Assembly (NCBI GenBank): GCA_037481795.1
Contig: JBBFLA010000005.1
Coordinates: 25,512-89,511, forward strand
Direction of reading: 5' to 3'
Source of the DNA: Spirochaetota bacterium
Lineage (GTDB): Bacteria; Spirochaetota; UBA4802; UB4802
DNA: 64,000 nt
The notes under the pieces were generated by a model that saw only the letters and a program-made list of their open reading frames with translations, was not told the DNA's origin and ran no database searches. The stretch's first letter is position 1; each line of letters starts with the position of its first letter. Below, piece after piece: positions 58,140 through 64,000 of this stretch. Both the position numbers and the translations under genes were made by a program.

Positions 58140-58697
58140 ATGAAATTGCAGGAAGCTATTGAGACAAGAAGAGCATACAGGTCACTTGCAACGGTAACAA
58201 TTAATGAAACAATGGTGTCAGAGCTTGCAAAAGCGGCCTCCCTTGCCCCATCGTGCTATAATAATCAGCCATGGAGGTTTGTATTTGTCTATGAATCGGG
58301 AAAACTTAACGAAGTAAAAAAAGCCCTGGCAAAGGGCAATGAATGGGCTCTTAAGGCTTCCATGATTATAGTGGTTTTCAGCAAGGAAAAGGATGATTGT
58401 ATCTTGAAAAATCGTATATATCATCAATTTGATACGGGAATGGCTACAGCACTTTTACTTCTTAAAGCAACTGAATTAGGTTTGGTGGCTCACCCCATAG
58501 CAGGGTATGATGAAGAGGCAGTTAAAAAAGCGTGCGCTATACCTGATGAGTTTACTGTAATTACCCTGATCATTGTTGGTAAAAAAGATGATGTAATACA
58601 TGATGATTTGAGCCAATGGCAAAAGGAAAGCGAAAAGAGCCGCCCACCACGAAAACCGTTACACGAATTTGCGTTTCATAATGTCTACGGTGGTTAA
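58140..58697 (+). CDS. nitroreductase-family protein
   Basis: Has RRAYRS, APS..N.QPW.F and HP..G motifs. 185 aa. Confidence 0.85.
   Translation: MKLQEAIETRRAYRSLATVTINETMVSELAKAASLAPSCYNNQPWRFVFVYESGKLNEVKKALAKGNEWALKASMIIVVFSKEKDDCILKNRIYHQFDTGMATALLLLKATELGLVAHPIAGYDEEAVKKACAIPDEFTVITLIIVGKKDDVIHDDLSQWQKESEKSRPPRKPLHEFAFHNVYGG
58214..58224 (+). repeat. GGTGTCAGAGC copy 4 (inside the nitroreductase gene, sense strand)
   Basis: Exact 11-mer, read as M-V-S-E-L (codons 25-29). Confidence 0.95.
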
Positions 58698-58707
58698 AGG
58701 TTTAAGG

Positions 58708-59280
58708 TCAGAGCCGCAATTCTCCCATCACAATTGCTTTGAAGCACTCAATGCATTCCTCAAGGCTATCACCCAGCTCTAAAAAATAATCATGATATGT
58801 TATTGTTATATGTGAGCGATAGTTACTGTCAAAATAAGCTTTAGATCCACCAAAGTAGCTTTCAAACGGGCTTTTTACCTTCCCTGCACGCACCGGATTG
58901 TTAGCAAAATACCAGATTAAATTAAGTAAATACATGCGTGGATTATCTGCAAATTCAACAATGGTATCTTTAAAGCGCTCATTCCACACAGGACCAGTTC
59001 GACCAGTTAATCTATTATACTTTTGTGCAAAACGCGATTTGATATACTGCACAATACGGGAGATGGTAGCCCCATCTGGCACAGTTGTAATAAGCAGGTG
59101 AATGTGATTATCCATAATCTGGTAGTTTATAAGTTTAAATGAGTATTTTTCCTGAGCGCGTATAAGATAATACTCAAGAATAGCTTTCATGGTATCATCC
59201 GACAATAAGTTTTTGCATTCTATAAGACGGCTTGTGACATGATAGGTTAAATTTGGAGCAATGATACGTAATTTACGCAT
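58708..59280 (-). CDS. REP-associated tyrosine transposase-like protein (RAYT; HUH/Y1, IS200-like fold)
   Basis: Has YHVTSR, the HUH motif MDNHIHLLI, GPVWNERF and the catalytic-Tyr motif WYFANNPVRAG. At 190 aa it is longer than IS200 TnpA. No IS ends or tnpB lie nearby. Confidence 0.78.
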   Translation of the reverse strand: MRKLRIIAPNLTYHVTSRLIECKNLLSDDTMKAILEYYLIRAQEKYSFKLINYQIMDNHIHLLITTVPDGATISRIVQYIKSRFAQKYNRLTGRTGPVWNERFKDTIVEFADNPRMYLLNLIWYFANNPVRAGKVKSPFESYFGGSKAYFDSNYRSHITITYHDYFLELGDSLEECIECFKAIVMGELRL

Positions 59281-59381
59281 GGTAATTTCCTCCCAAAGTA
59301 TAAGATTTTTATGGTGTGCTATATATACAAACGCTTGAGGACGAAAAATTGTAAAAAAAAAATTAAAATTTCGGAAAAAAA

Positions 59382-59716
59382 GGTGTCAGAGCCAGGGGAA
59401 GTAAGTGGGTGAGATGTGAGGGGTAAGGAGATGACATTGCTGGTGTCAGAGCTGGAAAGATGAAAGCATGAAAAGTAAGGTGTGAAGTGTAAATAGTTGG
59501 GAAGAGATGGATAAGGTGTCAGAGCTGCAACAATAGCAAGGTTTGAGGAGATTAAAAGATGATGTGATAGGGATTAATTATATTTCATTATCATAGAAAT
59601 CATGGTGTCAGAGCCAAAATTATATCACTGTGCTGGAGTTCGCAAAAATAAATGGATTAGCGAAACAAAATCAAAGTGCAGGACATAAGATTTTTAAATA
59701 ACCGTGGTGTCAGAGC
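59382..59716 (+). repeat. array of five direct GGTGTCAGAGC copies (copies 5-9) with non-repetitive spacers of 49, 62, 78 and 91 nt
   Basis: Exact copies start at 59382, 59442, 59515, 59604 and 59706. The array lies in the 5-prime flank of the RAYT gene. The first ~190 nt are G/A-rich and almost devoid of C on the + strand. Confidence 0.95.
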
Positions 59717-59771
59717 AAAAGATTTTCATAATTTCCTTGCACAATATAACTATTATTCATACGATGTATTC

Positions 59772-59999
59772 ATGGATGGGTTACTTTTGAACAGGCAACT
59801 TCTATTGCTAATTGTATTGGGAACTATATTTGGAATTTTTGCTGCAATAGCTGCATTTGTTAATGTCTATAATGGATACAGCCATTTCCCCAATATATCA
59901 AAAACTAAGCGGATACGCATATCTTTATCTATAGCGCTTGGTGCATTTATTATTATTCTTGCAATTACTATTATTTCTATGCTGGTTTTAAACAAGTAA
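59772..59999 (+). CDS. small two-TM membrane protein (75 aa from the ATG at 59772; the ORF track starts at the GTG at 59676)
   Basis: Two clear hydrophobic helices (LLLLIVLGTIFGIFAAIAAFV and ISLSIALGAFIIILAITIISMLVL). No RBS is evident. Confidence 0.4.
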   Translation: MDGLLLNRQLLLLIVLGTIFGIFAAIAAFVNVYNGYSHFPNISKTKRIRISLSIALGAFIIILAITIISMLVLNK

Positions 60000-60144
60000 A
60001 AAATGAAATTGATAACATACACCATAATCAAATTATTGACAATTTTTACACTTATTTTTTTGTTGAAAACACATGCAATAATGGATAAAATACTAGTATG
60101 TTATCCGGCGATGGAGTTCGCCGTAAACCGCTCTTAAAGAGCTG

Positions 60145-60185
60145 ATAACTCCTGTGGCAAATATATTACTATAACAGGAGGTTAT
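60145..60185 (+). promoter_or_regulatory. Shine-Dalgarno-sequestering hairpin in the leader of the dynamin-like gene
   Basis: ATAACTCCTGT (60145-60155) pairs with ACAGGAGGTTAT (60174-60185): 11 bp with a one-G bulge and an 18-nt loop. The 3-prime arm contains the AGGAGG SD, which ends 9 nt before the ATG at 60191. Confidence 0.55.
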
Positions 60186-60190
60186 TTTAT

Positions 60191-61999
60191 ATGAGCGGTA
60201 ACACCAACACCAATGTTTCACATCACAATAGCCATCAGTTGACACAATCTCTTTTAAGTTTAATTCAGCTTATTGAAAAAATGGGCAGTGAATATGAGCT
60301 CTATAAAATTAAACTTGAAGAGATAGCAACGCGTTATTCGCAGGGGAAAATCCATCTGGCAGTGTTGGGACAGTTTAAACGAGGGAAAAGCTCTTTGCTG
60401 AATGCTATACTGGGAGCCAGACTACTACCTACTGCTGTAATCCCTCTGACGTCAATTCCTACATACATACGATACAGTGATCGCCCGTATGTACATGTTA
60501 CCTTTGCGCACAATAAAGCAGGAGATACATTTGCCTCAGATAAGCCCGAAGAGCTGCAACAATTCCTTTCTATGTATGTTTCAGAAGAAGCTAATCCTAA
60601 CAATGCATTGCATGTTGAAAGTGTTGAATTTTATTATGATGCTGACATTTTGCTCAAAGGAGTAGTGCTTATTGACACTCCGGGAATAGGATCCACCCAT
60701 AAGCACAATACCGAGGCAACCCTCAATTTTTTACCACAATGTGATGCGGCGCTTTTCCTGATATCGGCCGACCCACCCATTACCGAGGTTGAGCTTGATT
60801 TTTTGCGTCAGGTAACTACCAAGGTTAATAAGATATTTTTCATACTTAATAAAATTGACTATCTTACTACAGATGAGTTGAATGAGGTACAGCAATTTAT
60901 ATCAAGAGTTATTCGGGAGAGAGCTAGTATAACTGAAGATTTGGCAATGTATCCGGTTTCAGCAAAGCATGGATTGCAGGCAAAATTAAGTAACGATGCC
61001 GTCTTGCTATCAAAAAGCAGATTAGATGTCCTTGAAAACCATATTGTTGATTTTATGTCAAAAAAGAAGGAAGCGGTTTTGCAAAAGAGCGTTCCCAGAA
61101 AAAGTCTTGATATTCTCTCTGATCTGGAATTGCAATTACAGCTTTCGCTAAAAGCGTACATGATGCCTCAGGAAGAATTACAACAAAAACTAATAGTATT
61201 TGACCACACCATACAGCAGGCAGAACAGCAGAAAACATTTTCTTCGGATATTCTGACGGGAGAGAGGAAACGGCTGCTTGAGCTATTGGAAGAGCAGGCA
61301 GAAAATTTGCGAAAGAAAGCCAGAAATTATTTAGAATCAGTTGCATACCGTAACCTATATGAAAATGGTACAGTAAATGAAGATGACATTACCAAAGCTT
61401 TAGCCGAAGCTATACCGGAATTTTTTGAGCGCGAGTTGGGAACAATGTCACAATTTTTTGACAACCATGTTGCACAGGTTATTGAAATGCATCAGAAACG
61501 TGCAAATGAGATAATAGACTCAGTGCGCAAAGCAGCTTCGGATTTATTTGATATTCCGTATATCCCTCATGCCCCAATCAGTGGTCTGGAAGTAACAAAA
61601 GAACCGTATTGGGTAATGCATCAATGGCGCTATTCGTTTATGGCAGTGCCTGAAGAGCTTGTTGACAAACTATTGCTAAAAAATGTTAGGATTAAACGTA
61701 TAAAGAAACGAATTGACCGGCAAATTCAAGCTCTGGTACTCAACAATGTAGAAAATTTGCGCTGGGCAACTGTGCAGAATCTGGATTCAACATTCCGTAC
61801 TATAATGCTGAGCATTGATGAACAGTTTGAACGGGTTATCACCATCACCCGTAAGGCAATTAATATTGCAGTTGAGCGGAAGCAATCATATAGCAAGGAA
61901 GTTGCAGACCAGATAGAGCATTTGAAACACTTAATTGCTGCATTGAGTGAGTACAAGAAGAATATAGCTTCATTCATCACGGATACTGTTTCGGTTTAA
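60191..61999 (+). CDS. bacterial dynamin-like GTPase
   Basis: G1 GQFKRGKSSLLNAILG, G3 LIDTPGIGS and G4 ILNKIDYL, followed by a long helical stalk region. Confidence 0.85.
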   Translation: MSGNTNTNVSHHNSHQLTQSLLSLIQLIEKMGSEYELYKIKLEEIATRYSQGKIHLAVLGQFKRGKSSLLNAILGARLLPTAVIPLTSIPTYIRYSDRPYVHVTFAHNKAGDTFASDKPEELQQFLSMYVSEEANPNNALHVESVEFYYDADILLKGVVLIDTPGIGSTHKHNTEATLNFLPQCDAALFLISADPPITEVELDFLRQVTTKVNKIFFILNKIDYLTTDELNEVQQFISRVIRERASITEDLAMYPVSAKHGLQAKLSNDAVLLSKSRLDVLENHIVDFMSKKKEAVLQKSVPRKSLDILSDLELQLQLSLKAYMMPQEELQQKLIVFDHTIQQAEQQKTFSSDILTGERKRLLELLEEQAENLRKKARNYLESVAYRNLYENGTVNEDDITKALAEAIPEFFERELGTMSQFFDNHVAQVIEMHQKRANEIIDSVRKAASDLFDIPYIPHAPISGLEVTKEPYWVMHQWRYSFMAVPEELVDKLLLKNVRIKRIKKRIDRQIQALVLNNVENLRWATVQNLDSTFRTIMLSIDEQFERVITITRKAINIAVERKQSYSKEVADQIEHLKHLIAALSEYKKNIASFITDTVSV

Positions 62000-62278
62000 C
62001 GAAAAATTTTTAAGCATTACTTTAAAGCGATAGTTCATCGTAAAAGGATTATTGTGATAATTTTTCCTCAAATGACATTGCATCAAAGGATACTGTATCG
62101 GCACCGCTTTTTTTTATAAGCTATTAGATAAGGCTAAATTATAGAATATCATGAACCCTGCTTTTTAAATATTACGTACTCACAAATGGTAATGCTGTCC
62201 TGCCATTGGGCACCCATTGTGTTAAATGCTCCCACATTTTGTAACGACATTAACACATGAATAAATATAATTTTTTTA

Positions 62279-62308
62279 TTGACAAATACAAATTAATATA
62301 TATATATT
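62279..62308 (+). promoter_or_regulatory. candidate sigma-70-type promoter for the acyl-CoA ligase gene
   Basis: TTGACA at 62279-62284, followed at 16-18 nt by TATATA/ATATAT/TATATT. It is 40 nt upstream of the TAGGAGA RBS. Confidence 0.35.
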
Positions 62309-62344
62309 ACAATATAATGATTATACAAATTAGGAGATTAATTT

Positions 62345-64000
62345 ATGAAATCACCATATGCTTCAAAACCATGGTTAAAACATTATGACAAGGATGTCCC
62401 GGCAACAATACAATACCACCAGACGCCATTGCATAAAATGCTTGAAAAAAGTGCATATGAATATCCTCACAACACTGCACTCATTTTTGAAGGTTACAAG
62501 GTAAATTATATTGAACTTTTATTTATGGTAAAAAAATTTGCAACTTTTCTCAGTTCAATTGGCGTCAAAAAGGGGGATGTGGTTGCTATCCTTTTGCCAA
62601 ATATGATTCAAACTGTAGTGGCATATTATGCCACTATAAGTATTGGTGGAATTGTTGCCATGTGTAACCCACTGTATAGTGACCGAGAGCTTGAATACCA
62701 GTTTAATGATTCAGGGGCAAAGGTTTTGGTATGTCTTGACCTTCTTGCAAACCGCATGATTAAGCTTCGCTCTGTCACCGGCATTGAGCACATCATTTAT
62801 GCTTCTATTGGTGACTATCTCCCATTTCCCAAAAATATTCTTTTTCCTCTTGTTGCCAGTAAAAACAACATGAAGGCCACGGTGTCTCCTGCATCAAATG
62901 TCTATCATTTTAAATATTGCATCAAGGTGTCAGAGCCCAATCCTCCAAAAGTAGATATTACCTTTGATGATGTGGTTGCCTACCAGTACACTGGCGGAAC
63001 AACGGGTGTATCAAAAGGAGCAATACTCACTCACCGCAATTTGGGGTGTATGGTGCAGATGTACGAAAAATGGTTTAATACCAATCGTGGTGAAGAAATA
63101 GCAATGGCTGCACCGCCAATATTTCATGTATTGGGGATGTCAGCTGCTATGAATTTGCCATTATATATGGGATGGACAATAGTTCTTATACCAAAACCAC
63201 AGCCGGAAAATCTGCTTAAAGCCATACGCTTGTACCGACCTACCATGTCACCGCTTGTACCAACAATGTATGTTGGCATGCTGCAACATCCTGATTTAAA
63301 GAAAACCGATATGACCTGCTTCAAGCTGTTAACATCAGGTGGTGCTTCATTGCCACTTGAAGTATTGCAGGAGTTTAAGAGGCTTACCGGTGTTGAGATT
63401 AATGAAGGCTTTGGCATGACCGAAACATCACCACAGACCCATCTCAACCCGTATAAGGGAAAGAAAAAACCGGGCAGCATTGGCATACCATATCCTGATA
63501 CTGAGGTTAAAATAGTAGATTTGGAAACAGGAACAAAAGAAGTGCCAATTGGTAAGCCAGGTGAGATGCTTTTCCGCGGCCCACAGGTAACCCAGGGGTA
63601 TCATAATAAACCTGAAGAAACCAAAAAGGCTTTTACTAAGGATGGATTTTTAAAATCTGGCGATATAGCTTATATGGATAAAGATGGGTACTTCTTTGTC
63701 GTTGACCGCAAGAAGGACCTCATTATTTCGGGTGGATACAATATATACCCGCGTGAAATTGAAGAAGTGCTGTATCAGCATGAAAGAGTTGCTAAATGCG
63801 CCGTTATAGGCATACCTGATGCAAAACGTGGGGAAAACGTTAAAGCGTTTGTTGTTTTAAAAGAGGGTATGAGTGCAACCCCTGATGAATTAATTGATTT
63901 CTGCAAAGAGCGTCTGGCTAAATATAAATGGCCTGTTGAAATTGAAATCAGAAAGAGCTTGCCCGAATCCAATGTTGGTAAGATTCTTAAAAAGGAATTA
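62345..64000 (+). CDS. long-chain-fatty-acid--CoA ligase (AMP-binding family), 3-prime end outside the window
   Basis: TAGGAGA RBS. The frame is open from 62345 to the window end, so the gene is absent from the ORF track. It has the AMP-binding motif YTGGTTGVSKGA, GFGMTE and GDIAYMDKDGYFFVVDRKKD. Confidence 0.9.
   Translation, partial: MKSPYASKPWLKHYDKDVPATIQYHQTPLHKMLEKSAYEYPHNTALIFEGYKVNYIELLFMVKKFATFLSSIGVKKGDVVAILLPNMIQTVVAYYATISIGGIVAMCNPLYSDRELEYQFNDSGAKVLVCLDLLANRMIKLRSVTGIEHIIYASIGDYLPFPKNILFPLVASKNNMKATVSPASNVYHFKYCIKVSEPNPPKVDITFDDVVAYQYTGGTTGVSKGAILTHRNLGCMVQMYEKWFNTNRGEEIAMAAPPIFHVLGMSAAMNLPLYMGWTIVLIPKPQPENLLKAIRLYRPTMSPLVPTMYVGMLQHPDLKKTDMTCFKLLTSGGASLPLEVLQEFKRLTGVEINEGFGMTETSPQTHLNPYKGKKKPGSIGIPYPDTEVKIVDLETGTKEVPIGKPGEMLFRGPQVTQGYHNKPEETKKAFTKDGFLKSGDIAYMDKDGYFFVVDRKKDLIISGGYNIYPREIEEVLYQHERVAKCAVIGIPDAKRGENVKAFVVLKEGMSATPDELIDFCKERLAKYKWPVEIEIRKSLPESNVGKILKKEL
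62926..62936 (+). repeat. GGTGTCAGAGC copy 10 (inside the acyl-CoA ligase gene, sense strand)
   Basis: Exact 11-mer, read as K-V-S-E-P (codons 194-198). Confidence 0.95.

Noticed and set aside
59515-59528. Sigma-54 promoter reading of the motif (GG-N10-GC in GGTGTCAGAGCTGC)
   Set aside because: Only one of the ten copies has the GC at the right distance, and the flanks do not match TGGCAC-N5-TTGCW.
59521-59534. 14-nt identity (AGAGCTGCAACAAT) between an array spacer and the dynamin-like gene at 60550-60563, suggesting a self-targeting spacer
   Set aside because: Five of the 14 nt belong to the repeat tail. Given about 330 nt of array searched against 2 x 64 kb, a single 14-mer hit has roughly a 10-20 percent chance expectation. 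No other spacer shows a match.
59393-59700. CsrB/RsmZ-like CsrA sponge RNA (about ten GGA motifs)
   Set aside because: The number of GGA triplets is about what the G/A-rich composition predicts. The motifs are not presented in recognisable hairpin loops.
59382-59716. CRISPR array interpretation of the five-repeat array
   Set aside because: The repeat is only 11 nt, against about 24-48 nt for CRISPR. Spacer lengths are not uniform (49, 62, 78, 91 nt). There are no cas genes in the window, and identical repeats also occur inside coding genes.

Overview
This is a 64-kb, AT-rich, densely coding chromosomal window with about 52 CDS and one tRNA-Leu(CAG). No rRNA, CRISPR array or prophage was seen. 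The gene content points to a spirochaete: a FlaB-type core flagellin, two adjacent FlaA-type flagellar sheath proteins, FliM, and a roughly 900-aa GreA. Housekeeping genes include metF, lysA, ribF, ogt, tgt, bcp, a CBS-domain family-II pyrophosphatase, an AroK-AroC fusion, a split AhpF-like redox pair, a GH2 glycosidase and an acyl-CoA ligase. Signalling genes are two SpoIIE/PP2C phosphatases and a 7TMR-DISM hybrid histidine kinase. Four accessory regions stand out. (1) 57.1-62.9 kb holds ten exact, co-oriented copies of the 11-mer GGTGTCAGAGC. I saw none in the other 58 kb. They centre on a solitary RAYT (HUH/Y1 transposase-like) gene. Five copies form an array with widening spacing in G/A-rich, C-poor DNA, and five lie in frame inside unrelated genes. 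(2) 30.9-44.7 kb is a tightly coupled nine-gene operon: three small lipoproteins, TolC, an MFP adaptor, two paralogous Big_5 Ig-like lipoproteins and two RND permeases. (3) 47.2-48.3 kb carries tandem paralogous secreted proteins of unknown function. (4) 59.8-62.0 kb carries a lone dynamin-like GTPase with a structured leader that sequesters its Shine-Dalgarno sequence. All calls rest on reading the sequence and ORF translations by eye. No database search was run.
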